From an uncultured Dehalococcoidia bacterium (GTDB taxonomy: Bacteria; Chloroflexota; Dehalococcoidia; Lucifugimonadales; UBA1127): a stretch of 64,000 nt of DNA. Under the pieces are notes generated by a model. The model worked only from the letters and a program-made list of their open reading frames with translations. It had not been told where the DNA came from and did no database searches. The stretch lies in assembly GCA_964625945.1 (NCBI GenBank), contig CAZVDP010000010.1, positions 38,166 to 102,165 on the forward strand, written 5' to 3'. Shown in pieces: positions 9,940-19,575 of this stretch (position 1 is its first letter; each line of letters starts with the position of its first letter). The position numbers were made by a program, and so were the translations under genes.

Positions 9940-10740
9940 TTATCGGTAGCGGGATGCGTATCGTTCCATCGGCTGTAGAATCAGTCGATCGACGATGAAC
10001 ACAAGAATGACGATCGCAACTACCGCGGCAAAGATTGTAACAGAATCGAATTGACTGCGTCCTACATTCAGCAAATATCCAAGCCCACCGCGGGCGCCAA
10101 AAAGTTCAGCTATCAAAGCAACCTTCCAGGCCACACCGTAGCAAACACGCACTGCCGCGAGAATGTAAGGGAATAAGAGAGGGATCACAATTGATTTTAG
10201 GAGACGCGTTCGGCTTCGCGTAAAACTCATTCCCATTTCCAATGTTTCGTAGTCCAGATTGCGCACGCCAGTAGAGAGGTTGATGATACAGAACGGGAGC
10301 AAGATAGCAACTTCCACGAAGATCACCGATACAGTACTAATTCCAAACCAAAAAATGGCCATCATCGCCCAACCGAGTGTTGGAAAGGCGTTCAGGAAGG
10401 GGGTCAATCTACCCGCTATGAGGAGGCGGGTTACCGGGAAGACATGAGAAACCGTAACCAAGGCAGCGCCGATCACGAGGGCGAGGATCACTGCAGCGAG
10501 GACTCGAGCAAGAGAGAGGTATGTATGAGTAGCCAGGGCGGGATCAACGAAGAGCCGGAGGGTCATGGCTAAAGTATCAGTTGGGTTAGGTAGGACGTAT
10601 TCTGGAGTCCGTAATGCTGCAAGATACCAAGCAACCAAGAGAGCGATAACGATCCCGTCTCCCAGGATCCGACCTGCCCACGATGAATTGTGGGGTACGT
10701 TTTCAGATCCCCCAAATTTCTTCACCCAAAACCAGCGCAT
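9940..10740 (-). CDS. ABC transporter permease (SsuC/TauC-like)
   Basis: LPNP, SLARV, EAA-loop-like ETLEMGMSF, AELFGARGGLGY. Confidence 0.88.
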   Translation of the reverse strand: MRWFWVKKFGGSENVPHNSSWAGRILGDGIVIALLVAWYLAALRTPEYVLPNPTDTLAMTLRLFVDPALATHTYLSLARVLAAVILALVIGAALVTVSHVFPVTRLLIAGRLTPFLNAFPTLGWAMMAIFWFGISTVSVIFVEVAILLPFCIINLSTGVRNLDYETLEMGMSFTRSRTRLLKSIVIPLLFPYILAAVRVCYGVAWKVALIAELFGARGGLGYLLNVGRSQFDSVTIFAAVVAIVILVFIVDRLILQPMERYASRYR

Positions 10741-10746
10741 GGGGCG

Positions 10747-11517
10747 TTAAATCCTTTCTGAAGAGTTGCCATGGCTCCCTTTAAGTGCTGTATGGAGCAT
10801 GGACCGTAAAGAGTCGACGGTCGAATCCGCCGATTCGAGATTCCTGGGGTGCGGAAGGGTAATATCGAGGGTGGCGTGAATTGTGGCTGGCTTTTCTGTC
10901 AAGACATGGATTGTATCAGCGAGATACAACGCTTCCTCAACATCATGGGTAACCAAGATGATGGTTCGATTTTTCTGTTGACATAATTGAAGGGTCAGTT
11001 GCCATAGTCGCTGGCGTGACACGACATCTTGATCAGAGAAGGCTTCGTCCATGAGAAGGATTTCCGGATCCACCGCAAGGGCTCTGGCCAGACTAAGCCG
11101 ATGCTGTTCCCCGCCACTCAACGCGCGAGGGAATTTGTCGCGGGATGCCTCCAAGCCGACCGCTAAAAGCCAGCCAGTCGCGCGGCTCAGACGTTCCGTC
11201 TTGGAAATAGTTGGGTCACGGAGTTCGATTCCAAGGAGGACGTTCTCGAGTACTGTACGCCAGTAGGTCAGGCGAGGGGATTGGAAAACCATCGCCAAGC
11301 GATGCCAAGCGGTTGACGTTTCCTCTCCAGCGACGCGAACAATCCCGGCTTGACCTGAGATTAACCCGGCAATGAGGCGGAGTGCGGTTGTTTTTCCGCA
11401 ACCGCGCGGTCCTAGCAGGCAAACCACCTTTCCGCTTTGAACCCCAAAGGAAAGCCCTCGATGAACTTCCACCCCATCTAGTACGGTAGAAACGCCATCA
11501 AACAATACTTTCGTCAC
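10747..11517 (-). CDS. ABC transporter ATP-binding protein (SsuB/TauB-like)
   Basis: Walker A GPRGCGKTT, LSGGE signature, ILLMDEAF, VTHDVEEA. Confidence 0.92.
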   Translation of the reverse strand: MTKVLFDGVSTVLDGVEVHRGLSFGVQSGKVVCLLGPRGCGKTTALRLIAGLISGQAGIVRVAGEETSTAWHRLAMVFQSPRLTYWRTVLENVLLGIELRDPTISKTERLSRATGWLLAVGLEASRDKFPRALSGGEQHRLSLARALAVDPEILLMDEAFSDQDVVSRQRLWQLTLQLCQQKNRTIILVTHDVEEALYLADTIHVLTEKPATIHATLDITLPHPRNLESADSTVDSLRSMLHTALKGSHGNSSERI

Positions 11518-11518
11518 T

Positions 11519-12235
11519 CTATGTTTCCCCCATATGGATCGCTACTGTCCCGAGCGCTAAATTTCTGGACCTGACGTTTTTGAAGCCGACTCTCTTCATC
11601 AGATTTGAGAGTTCAGTGGTTGATAGAAAAGCATCCACGGAATCGGGCAGATAGGTGTATGCTTCTCGATCTCCAGCTACTAGGGAACCGAGTAAGGGCA
11701 TAATGCGATGGAAGTAGATTCTCAAGAGCGGATCAAGGATTCCTGGGTTTCGTTTGACAATGTCTAATGAGACCATTCTGCCCCCTGGGCGCGTGACGCG
11801 AAACATCTCGCTAAGCGCTAACTCGACGTCTGGCACATTACGAAGAGTAAAGGCGGTTACGGTGATGTCGAAGGATGCGTCAGGAAAGGGTAAGCGGGAC
11901 GCATCGCCTACAACAAGGTCGATGGAGTCGCGCATATTCTGCCGTGTGAGTTTCTCTTGTCCTACATCCAACATCGGACGGGCGATATCGAGCCCAACGG
12001 TATGTTTAACTCGGTATCGCGAAAGAGCAAGAGCAAAATCAGCTGTCCCACAGCCGACATCTAAAGCCGTTTCAAGGTCGCGGGGATTGACCCAACGAAG
12101 AGCTTGTGAGCGCCAAGCATGATGCCTGCCTCCCGTCATTACGGTATTGAGCAGGTCATATCGGGACGCGATCCGTCCGAACATGGATTTCATATAATGC
12201 GGTTTGGTTTCGGGAGAAGGGCGAATCGGCGCCAC
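11519..12235 (-). CDS. menG: demethylmenaquinone methyltransferase (UbiE/MenG)
   Basis: MFGRIASRYDLLN, LDVGCGTAD, FTLRNV, AYTYLPDSV. Confidence 0.9.
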   Translation of the reverse strand: MAPIRPSPETKPHYMKSMFGRIASRYDLLNTVMTGGRHHAWRSQALRWVNPRDLETALDVGCGTADFALALSRYRVKHTVGLDIARPMLDVGQEKLTRQNMRDSIDLVVGDASRLPFPDASFDITVTAFTLRNVPDVELALSEMFRVTRPGGRMVSLDIVKRNPGILDPLLRIYFHRIMPLLGSLVAGDREAYTYLPDSVDAFLSTTELSNLMKRVGFKNVRSRNLALGTVAIHMGET

Positions 12236-12646
12236 TTATTCGTCCTTTTCAGGGCGCCAGTTTGGAAGGCTGATCTGATAGAGGACTAACGGTTCCGTCC
12301 CGGGATTGCGCACCTCATGGGATTCTCCGTGGAACATTCGAACGACCATGCCAGGACGAGCTTCCAAGATTTCGCCGTCGAGCTCCACTTCGCCGTTCCC
12401 CTCAACAAAAATAAAGACTTGGGGGTACGGATGCTGATGTTTCGGGAAAACTCCGCCTGAGAGAAGGCGGGCAAGTGAAACCCAGAGGCCACCAGGATTC
12501 TCCAGCTTATCTGCCGCGGTCTTGTCTTCAACGCCGACGACTTTCCCTGAAATTTTTGCCCACTCCATTGTCGATAAATCCAGTACCGGTGGTCTTGCGG
12601 GATCGATATCTACGTGCTTACCGGGATAATTTTGTGCCTCAGGCAT
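12236..12646 (-). CDS. cupin domain protein
   Basis: HQHPYPQ...EG.G and HEVRN cupin motifs; SD AAGGAG before MPEAQ. Confidence 0.8.
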   Translation of the reverse strand: MPEAQNYPGKHVDIDPARPPVLDLSTMEWAKISGKVVGVEDKTAADKLENPGGLWVSLARLLSGGVFPKHQHPYPQVFIFVEGNGEVELDGEILEARPGMVVRMFHGESHEVRNPGTEPLVLYQISLPNWRPEKDE

Positions 12647-12730
12647 GATAACGCTCCTTCCCATGTCGGGTCACTCGATATATTCTACAGCTACTCGTTA
12701 GACAAGTCTTGTTGAAGTGCATGCGTGCGT

Positions 12731-13390
12731 TCAGTTTTGTAAAGGAACAACTAGCAGTACGATAACACCCCATACCGCGTGGGAAACCGCTACGGGCAGG
12801 AGACGTCGCCTCCAAGCATACAGGGCACCCCAGAAACCACCGGCCACTACTGCCGCAATAAAGAGCATGGGATTTCCTGTAAGAACATGTACCCCACCGT
12901 ATGCTGCTGTTCCGAGAACCCAAGCTGTCCTTTGCGAAAGATATCGATGAAATGTCCACTGGATAAGGCCACGCCAGTACAGCTCTTCGCACGGACTAAT
13001 AATAAGAATTTGTAAGCCCGCGATAAGGAATGGGTTCATGTCTCCCCGAAGCAAATACACGTCGTCAACCCCTTCCTCAGCAAAAGGGAGGATGACATTC
13101 GCAATGATCCCTCCTCCCCAAAAAATCATATAGAGCAACACAGCAGATCCGATTCCAATGCACAAATCCGAGATCCGGAATCCTTCACGGAACATATCTG
13201 CTCCGCGAATCCAGATTGCGATTACTCCCAGGAGAAGAGTTGCCATAGCCATTAACGGGAAGAAAGGCAGCGGTCGCCATAGAAAAACCACCACCCACAA
13301 CAGTGCTGCGAGTGGTAACGTGACAAGCGCCTTTGTATCGGGAGCACCGTATACAGCGGCCCGCATTTTACGAAGAGAATCCGGAGACAA
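12731..13390 (-). CDS. CPBP (CAAX protease / Abi) family intramembrane metalloprotease
   Basis: EELYWRG, YGGVH, SHAVW motifs; multiple TM helices. Confidence 0.88.
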   Translation of the reverse strand: MSPDSLRKMRAAVYGAPDTKALVTLPLAALLWVVVFLWRPLPFFPLMAMATLLLGVIAIWIRGADMFREGFRISDLCIGIGSAVLLYMIFWGGGIIANVILPFAEEGVDDVYLLRGDMNPFLIAGLQILIISPCEELYWRGLIQWTFHRYLSQRTAWVLGTAAYGGVHVLTGNPMLFIAAVVAGGFWGALYAWRRRLLPVAVSHAVWGVIVLLVVPLQN

Positions 13391-14291
13391 CGTAGGATAT
13401 AGAAAGTAACAAGCCGAACAGTAAATGGACCTTTGCCGTTGCCTCGTCGATCCGAGGCAGGTATTTCACGGGGTCGGCTTCCGGTCCAACGCCACCCCGG
13501 ATCATTGCCAGTGTCGCCTGGAATGTTGGAGGCAATGCAATCAAAGTAATGAGGGCCCATAACGGAAGAATCACCAGTGCTGCTAGTACGATGACCATCG
13601 CGAATGAAGCTCCCATCATCGTGAGATGGAGAATTGCGCCGGCGTTACGGCCCGTAGCTAAGGCAAGTGTTCGAAAACCGGCGCGCGCATCATCTTCAAT
13701 ATCCCGAACATCGTTCGCGTGGAGGATACTGGCAACAAGGAATCCCACCGGTATCGACGCGAGAAATGCTTCCCAGGTGAGTGATTGTGCGAGGACATAA
13801 TATGCGCTCAAGACCATCAATGGACCCATGGTCCAAAAGACTACAGGAACACCGAGGGCCCGATACTTGAATTGGATCGGTGGAGCAGTGTATGTATAGC
13901 CGATCAGAATGGCGACGATCCCGATTAACAAGATCGCGTACCCTCGTTCGTAGGTCAAATAGATCCCAATCAACGCGGCTGCAAGGAAAATAATGACTCC
14001 CCCACGGTAAGCCACGGCGCTATCGAGACGCTTTTCCACGATAGTTCGGCTCGCTCGCGGGGAGTCATATGTATCAACTCCGCTCCGGACGTCGAAAACT
14101 TCGTTGATAACGTTGGTTCCGGCTTGTAACAATATTGATGCGAGCAGGGCGAGGAGGAAGATCGTCAATGAAAACTGTTCATCTCGAAACGCAATGGCCC
14201 CTCCCAAACAGACGGGCACGATCGAAGCGGTCCAAGAGAACGGTCGCCCGATCTCGATCCAAGTCTTGAGTTGTGTCTTGAATTTCTCCAT
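13368..14291 (-). CDS. menA: 1,4-dihydroxy-2-naphthoate polyprenyltransferase (UbiA family)
   Basis: RPFSWTAS, NVINEVFDVRSGVD, YTAPP, ANDVRDIEDDARAGFRTL. Confidence 0.88.
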   Translation of the reverse strand: MEKFKTQLKTWIEIGRPFSWTASIVPVCLGGAIAFRDEQFSLTIFLLALLASILLQAGTNVINEVFDVRSGVDTYDSPRASRTIVEKRLDSAVAYRGGVIIFLAAALIGIYLTYERGYAILLIGIVAILIGYTYTAPPIQFKYRALGVPVVFWTMGPLMVLSAYYVLAQSLTWEAFLASIPVGFLVASILHANDVRDIEDDARAGFRTLALATGRNAGAILHLTMMGASFAMVIVLAALVILPLWALITLIALPPTFQATLAMIRGGVGPEADPVKYLPRIDEATAKVHLLFGLLLSISYVVSGFSS

Positions 14292-14332
14292 TGTCGGGGA
14301 CACCCTTTATGAAAAATCAGTGGGCACGATCG

Positions 14333-14361
14333 ATGATAGGCGTGCACGATAAGCGCGTCAA
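14333..14361 (-). promoter_or_regulatory. sigma70-type promoter for the menA operon
   Basis: TTGACG-N17-TATCAT on the minus strand. Confidence 0.55.
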
Positions 14362-14365
14362 GGTA

Positions 14366-14962
14366 TCAAAACTGAAGGGTAAACGGCGATGCTAAGCCTC
14401 GTGTCTTCAACAAGGCTGCTGCCTTCGCAGCAGAGAACCACACCATTTTCCCAGAAAGATTCTCTGTTGAGTGCAAAGCTAACTCTGAAAAGAATTTGAG
14501 GATGTACGCCTCTCCATGATGAAAGGGGACAGAGCGCGTCTGCGTCAGCAAAAACGGAATGGTCTGCTCATGGGTTTCGATAAGTCCTTCGAAATCGGGA
14601 TCGGTATCCAACCCCGCAAGCAGTGCAACAAGTATCGGTCCAGATTTGGAACGTTGGAGCAAACTCTGGCAAACCGTCGACAGACAGTCATTCGAGCGTC
14701 CTTCAGAAGTGGTCCATACAAGCAAGAAGCAGTTGGAGGCAGCCATTGATGTCGCTAGGCTGTTGGGGTGGACTACCGATCCTAGTTCTGAAGAGGCGAG
14801 AGTAACTTTTCTGCGCTTGAGTTTTTGTGACAGCCGCGTAGCCGTAGCGACTCCAGTTCGTGTTCCTGTTTCTTCGATGGCTATGACGTTAACCACGGGC
14901 TTTCCCGAGATAAAAGCTGAGCTCCACATGTAACGCGGTCCTCCTCGTGGAGTATCATACAC
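14366..14962 (-). CDS. hypothetical protein
   Basis: 198-aa ORF filling the gap between menA and lhgO; no recognised motif; start uncertain. Confidence 0.45.
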   Translation of the reverse strand: MYDTPRGGPRYMWSSAFISGKPVVNVIAIEETGTRTGVATATRLSQKLKRRKVTLASSELGSVVHPNSLATSMAASNCFLLVWTTSEGRSNDCLSTVCQSLLQRSKSGPILVALLAGLDTDPDFEGLIETHEQTIPFLLTQTRSVPFHHGEAYILKFFSELALHSTENLSGKMVWFSAAKAAALLKTRGLASPFTLQF

Positions 14963-14996
14963 CTACACTAAGGGAGCAAGAGTCGACAGGAGAACC

Positions 14997-16214
14997 ATGA
15001 GTGCGTCACCGAAATCAATTGTGATCATAGGAGGCGGGATCCTCGGTATGAGCACGGCTATGACCCTATCGGCTCTTTACCCAAGATATGAGATCACCGT
15101 TCTCGAGAAAGAGGAACGTTTAGCCACACACCAAACAGGACATAACAGTGGCGTGATCCATTCTGGCATTTACTATCGACCGGGGTCACTCAAGGCAATT
15201 AATTGCGTATCCGGAGCAAAAGACCTCATCAAATTTTGCGATGAAAACAGCGTGCAATATGATATTTGCGGCAAGCTAATCCTAGCGACTGATCGAGCTG
15301 AAGTGCCGATGTTGAGGGAACTTCACCGCCGTGGTGAGGCAAACGGTGTCAGCGGACTCAAAATTGTTGACGGGGCAGGTCTTCAAGAAATCGAGCCGCA
15401 TTGCAACGGGGTCTTAGGACTCTGGTCACCGAACACAGGGATTGTTGATTATGGGCACGTCGTAGAAGCCTATGCTAGACGATTTCGCGCTGATGGCGGG
15501 ACGGTCCTTACAAACACAAAGGTTACAGGCATTTTCACTCACGCTACTCGACACACCATCATCACACAGAAACAAGAAATCCAAGCAGACTACCTGATTA
15601 ATTGTGCCGGTTTATACGCCGATATCCTAGCGGAGAAGATGGAAGCGCCCCGAGATATGCAAATCATCCCGTTTAGAGGCGAATACTTTTTCTTGAAGCC
15701 TACGGCGAGGGCCCTTGTAAAAGGCCTTATATATCCAGTTCCCAACCCGGAATTCCCTTTTCTTGGCGTGCATTTCACAAGAACTATCGCCGGCGAAGTA
15801 GAAGCTGGCCCAAACGCAGTATTCGCGTTCGCCCGAGAAGGATACTCTATTTCCACGATTCGCATCAACGAATTCTTTCAGACGTTGGCCTATCGAGGAT
15901 TTTGGAAAATGGCGCGACGTTATTGGCGCACTGGACTAATGGAATTTGCCCGTTCTGTGAACAAAGGAGCCTTCACCAAATCTTTGCAACGACTGGTTCC
16001 TGAGATTAAGGACGAGGACTTACTACCAGGTGGAGCAGGGGTTCGGGCTCAAGCCGTTGGTCTCAATGGAGCCTTGATAGACGACTTCCTAATCAGTGAA
16101 ACACGTAGCGCCATACATGTCCGCAACGCTCCTTCACCTGGAGCAACAGCATCCATCGCGATCGGCCGAGACATAGTACACAAGGCAGCGATAGCCTTTG
16201 GCCTGGTTAAATGA
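14997..16214 (+). CDS. lhgO: L-2-hydroxyglutarate oxidase
   Basis: IIGGGILG, HQTGHNSGVIHSGIYY, YPVPNPEFPFLGVHFT, NAPSPGAT. Confidence 0.9.
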   Translation: MSASPKSIVIIGGGILGMSTAMTLSALYPRYEITVLEKEERLATHQTGHNSGVIHSGIYYRPGSLKAINCVSGAKDLIKFCDENSVQYDICGKLILATDRAEVPMLRELHRRGEANGVSGLKIVDGAGLQEIEPHCNGVLGLWSPNTGIVDYGHVVEAYARRFRADGGTVLTNTKVTGIFTHATRHTIITQKQEIQADYLINCAGLYADILAEKMEAPRDMQIIPFRGEYFFLKPTARALVKGLIYPVPNPEFPFLGVHFTRTIAGEVEAGPNAVFAFAREGYSISTIRINEFFQTLAYRGFWKMARRYWRTGLMEFARSVNKGAFTKSLQRLVPEIKDEDLLPGGAGVRAQAVGLNGALIDDFLISETRSAIHVRNAPSPGATASIAIGRDIVHKAAIAFGLVK

Positions 16215-16242
16215 CGCGGAATTGGAAAAATGACAAAGGTAA

Positions 16243-16318
16243 TGGTGGAGATGGGGGGACTCGAACCCCCGGCCCCCTCAATGCCATTGAGGTGCTCTCC
16301 CAGCTGAGCTACATCCCC
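16243..16318 (-). tRNA. tRNA-Ala (anticodon GGC)
   Basis: reverse complement GGGGATG...CATCTCCACCA with G3:U70 pair; CCTCA-ATGGCAT-TGAGG anticodon arm. Confidence 0.97.
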
Positions 16319-16369
16319 CCGACGTGGCACTATAGCAGAGCCTGCAAGATGGCTGCAATGGGTTTAACT

Positions 16370-17380
16370 TCATTTCCTAGGTAGTTGCAGTCCCATACGG
16401 TCACTGACCTCTGCGATAGTCTCGCGGGCAATCTTGGAGGCCCGTTCTCCTCCATCCATCAGAATTTCCCGAACGATCTCTGGGCGGCCTTCATATTCGG
16501 CACGCTTTTCCCTAAATTCTCCCAGAGCGGAATTGATGGAATCGGAAAGCTCCATCTTACAATCGACGCACCCCCGAATAGCTGAGGTGCATTCCGATGC
16601 AATCAGTTTAGTCTGTTTGGGATTAAAAAATTTATGCAAGGTAAAGATGTTACAAACCTCTGGCCTCCCAGGATCCGTACGACGGAGCCGCTGTGGGTCG
16701 GTGAAGGCTATTTTGATGCGGGCCTGTGTTTCGGTAGGAGTCGCCCCTAGTTCGACTTGATTGTCTAAACTCTTGCTCATCTTCTGATGTCCGTCGAGAC
16801 CAAGCACTAAAGGTGTTGGTGTTAGCTTGTGCTGCGGTTCCGGGAAGGTTTGCCCAAACAAGTTGTTAAAACGCCTGACAATTTCTCGTGCCAGTTCGAT
16901 GTGCGGAATCTGGTCTTCGCCAACAGGAACGGTATCAGCTTTATAGAGGACGATATCCGCTGTTTGCAGGACCGGGTATCCTACAAGCCCATAACTAACC
17001 GTTTCCTCGGTTTCATCCATCTGACGCACACGATCCTTGAAGGTGGGAACACGCATAAGCCAGCCCAGTGGCGTCACCATACTAAGTAGTGTGTGCAATG
17101 TTAGAACTTCGGGTACATGAGATTGGACGAAAATGATGCTTCGGTTGGGATCGACTCCTGCGGCGAGCCAGTCTATTACCATCTCTCGAACATTATCTTG
17201 GATTTCTGAAGTATCGTTCTGACTCCCTAGCGTCGTGAGGGCATGGATATCCACTGCAGCATAGATGCACTCGTAGGTGTTCTGGAGTGCCACCCAGTTC
17301 TGGAGTGCTCCTAACCAATTTCCGATATGCAGTTTTCCGGACGGGCGCATGCCAGAGAACACGCGGCCTTTCATTGCCAT
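16370..17380 (-). CDS. trpS: tryptophan--tRNA ligase
   Basis: SGMRPSGKLHIGN, VPVGEDQ, KMSKS; start could extend to GTG 17398. Confidence 0.96.
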   Translation of the reverse strand: MAMKGRVFSGMRPSGKLHIGNWLGALQNWVALQNTYECIYAAVDIHALTTLGSQNDTSEIQDNVREMVIDWLAAGVDPNRSIIFVQSHVPEVLTLHTLLSMVTPLGWLMRVPTFKDRVRQMDETEETVSYGLVGYPVLQTADIVLYKADTVPVGEDQIPHIELAREIVRRFNNLFGQTFPEPQHKLTPTPLVLGLDGHQKMSKSLDNQVELGATPTETQARIKIAFTDPQRLRRTDPGRPEVCNIFTLHKFFNPKQTKLIASECTSAIRGCVDCKMELSDSINSALGEFREKRAEYEGRPEIVREILMDGGERASKIARETIAEVSDRMGLQLPRK

Positions 17381-17435
17381 TTGTTGTTCCTCGTTCACAA
17401 TTTGGTCTGGTTTCCGGATCTAGCGGGGAAGCGCC

Positions 17436-18317
17436 TTAGATGTTCGCCACCATCTCTCGGGCAACTGTGCCAATGTCAGCTGGAGTAGGGATTACCGCGG
17501 CACCGGCACTCCGCAGCGCAGCAACTTTTTCTTCGGCACGAGCCGCCGTACCAGTGATGATCGCACCAGCATGGCCCATTCGTTTCCCACGTGGTGCGGT
17601 GGCGCCGACAATGAGCGAGGCAACCGGCTTGCGCATTTCCGTCTTGATGTATTCTGCCGCTTCTTGTTCTTTCGTTCCGCCAATTTCGCCTATGAGCACT
17701 ACAGCATCCGTGTCATTATCTTCGTTAAACAACTGCAAGATATCGATGAAGGTTGTGCCGCTGACTGGATCGCCACCTATACCGACACAGGTTGACTGAC
17801 CGATCCCCTCTGCGGTTAGTTGTCCGACACTTTCGTATGTCAATGTGCCGCTTCGAGAGACCACGCCAATGCGCCCAGCTTTGTGGATCGCCCCAGGCAT
17901 AATCCCGGCCTTGCAGTTAGCTGTTGGAGAGATTGCGCCAGGGCAATTCGCTCCAAGCAATCGTACATTTTTGCCTTCAAGCGATCGGATCACCTGCACC
18001 ATGTCGCGGGTTGGGATACCTTCTGTAATAGATATTATGAGCTCTATTCCCGAGTCAGCTGCTTCCAAAATTGCATCGGCCGCGAACGGTGCGGGCACAA
18101 AAATCAGAGCCGCGTTTGGCGTTGCCTTAAGTACGGCCTCATCTACCGTATTAAAGACCGGAACTTCATCTTCCCACAGCCTGCCGCCTCGTCCTGGGGT
18201 AACGCCAGCGACGACATTGGTTCCATATTCGATGCAGCGCCGGGTATGCAACGAACCCTCTTTTCCTGTTATCCCCTGTATCAATAGTCGAGTATTTTCA
18301 TTGAGCAGAATACTCAT
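17436..18317 (-). CDS. sucD: succinyl-CoA synthetase alpha subunit
   Basis: [24 protein letters not shown] phospho-His motif. Confidence 0.96.
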   Translation of the reverse strand: MSILLNENTRLLIQGITGKEGSLHTRRCIEYGTNVVAGVTPGRGGRLWEDEVPVFNTVDEAVLKATPNAALIFVPAPFAADAILEAADSGIELIISITEGIPTRDMVQVIRSLEGKNVRLLGANCPGAISPTANCKAGIMPGAIHKAGRIGVVSRSGTLTYESVGQLTAEGIGQSTCVGIGGDPVSGTTFIDILQLFNEDNDTDAVVLIGEIGGTKEQEAAEYIKTEMRKPVASLIVGATAPRGKRMGHAGAIITGTAARAEEKVAALRSAGAAVIPTPADIGTVAREMVANI

Positions 18318-19474
18318 TACTTGCCTACTTCCTGAAGCTTCGCTGCTGCTTCTTTAAGAGTTTCTACGAGTTCAACTGCCAAGCCGGATTTTCGGAAAAC
18401 TTCACGTCCTTCTTCAGCGTTCGTCCCTTGAAATCGCGCGACGATCGTCGGAGTGCTATTTGCTTCACGACACGCGGCGACAACTCCCGCAGCAACCATG
18501 TCGCACCGGAGGATTCCTCCAAAGACGTTAACCAGGACGCGTTTCACGCCGGGATCTGCCAAGATCACGCTGAAACCGTTTTTTACCTGTTCTTCATCAG
18601 CTCCGCCACCAACGTCAAGGAAATTCGCTGGTTCGGCGCCCACAGCCTTAACGATATCCATCGTCGCCATTGCCAAGCCAGCTCCATTAACGAGGCAGCC
18701 AACGTCGCCGTCCAAGCGGACGTAAGACACGCCAAATTCCCGTGCTTTCGCTTCCAGTTCATCTTCTTGGGTTACGTCTCGGAGCCCAAGAAGATCTTTG
18801 TGGCGAAAGAGGGCATCATCATCGATGTCGACCTTGGCATCTAAAGCCAATACTCGGCCATCTTCGGTGATCGCCAACGGGTTGATTTCGGCTAAGGTGC
18901 AATCCTCTTCTAAGAACAAACGGAATAAATTGGCCGTCAGACTTGCGAAGGGTCTAACCAGGTCTCCGGGAAGGTCGATTCCATAAGCAAGATGTCTACC
19001 TTGGTACGGCTGTAACCCAAGTACCGGATCGACTACCTCTTGAAGAATCTTTTCAGGTGATGTGGCAGCAACCTCTTCAATTTCCATTCCCCCGGCTGCA
19101 CTAGCAATTGCAACAAGGCGACGGACACCACCGTCTACGAGGATTGCCAAATACAATTCTGAAGCTATTGCGGTGGCCTCTTCGACCAAGACGCTCGATA
19201 CTGGCACGCCTTCCGCTCCAGTCTGGTGTGTAATAAGAGGGGTTCCTAAAATTGAGGCAGCGAATGCCTTCGCTTCCGCTGGTGTCTGGACGACTTTCAC
19301 GCCTCCAGCTTTTCCTCTCCCACCGGCATGCACCTGAGCTTTAACGACAACTGGGCCTCCCAGTTGGTCAGCAACGGCAAACGCTTCATCTGGTGTTCTC
19401 GCTACACCACCGTTCAACACTGGAATACCGTATTTTCGAAAAAGATCTTTCGCTTGATATTCATGTAATTTCAT
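18317..19474 (-). CDS. sucC: succinyl-CoA synthetase beta subunit
   Basis: [43 protein letters not shown]. Confidence 0.96.
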   Translation of the reverse strand: MKLHEYQAKDLFRKYGIPVLNGGVARTPDEAFAVADQLGGPVVVKAQVHAGGRGKAGGVKVVQTPAEAKAFAASILGTPLITHQTGAEGVPVSSVLVEEATAIASELYLAILVDGGVRRLVAIASAAGGMEIEEVAATSPEKILQEVVDPVLGLQPYQGRHLAYGIDLPGDLVRPFASLTANLFRLFLEEDCTLAEINPLAITEDGRVLALDAKVDIDDDALFRHKDLLGLRDVTQEDELEAKAREFGVSYVRLDGDVGCLVNGAGLAMATMDIVKAVGAEPANFLDVGGGADEEQVKNGFSVILADPGVKRVLVNVFGGILRCDMVAAGVVAACREANSTPTIVARFQGTNAEEGREVFRKSGLAVELVETLKEAAAKLQEVGK

Positions 19475-19575
19475 GACGAACTCCGTAGATAATGCAAAAT
19501 CGTTCCTATTTTAACAGGGGATCTGCTCGACTGCGAGCGAATTGTCTTCGGGATTTGAGTGGATGTTGTGTGCTA

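Noticed and set aside
17440-19337. Many antisense ORFs over sucCD and other genes
   Set aside because: Shadow ORFs opposite well-supported genes, with no motifs or SD support
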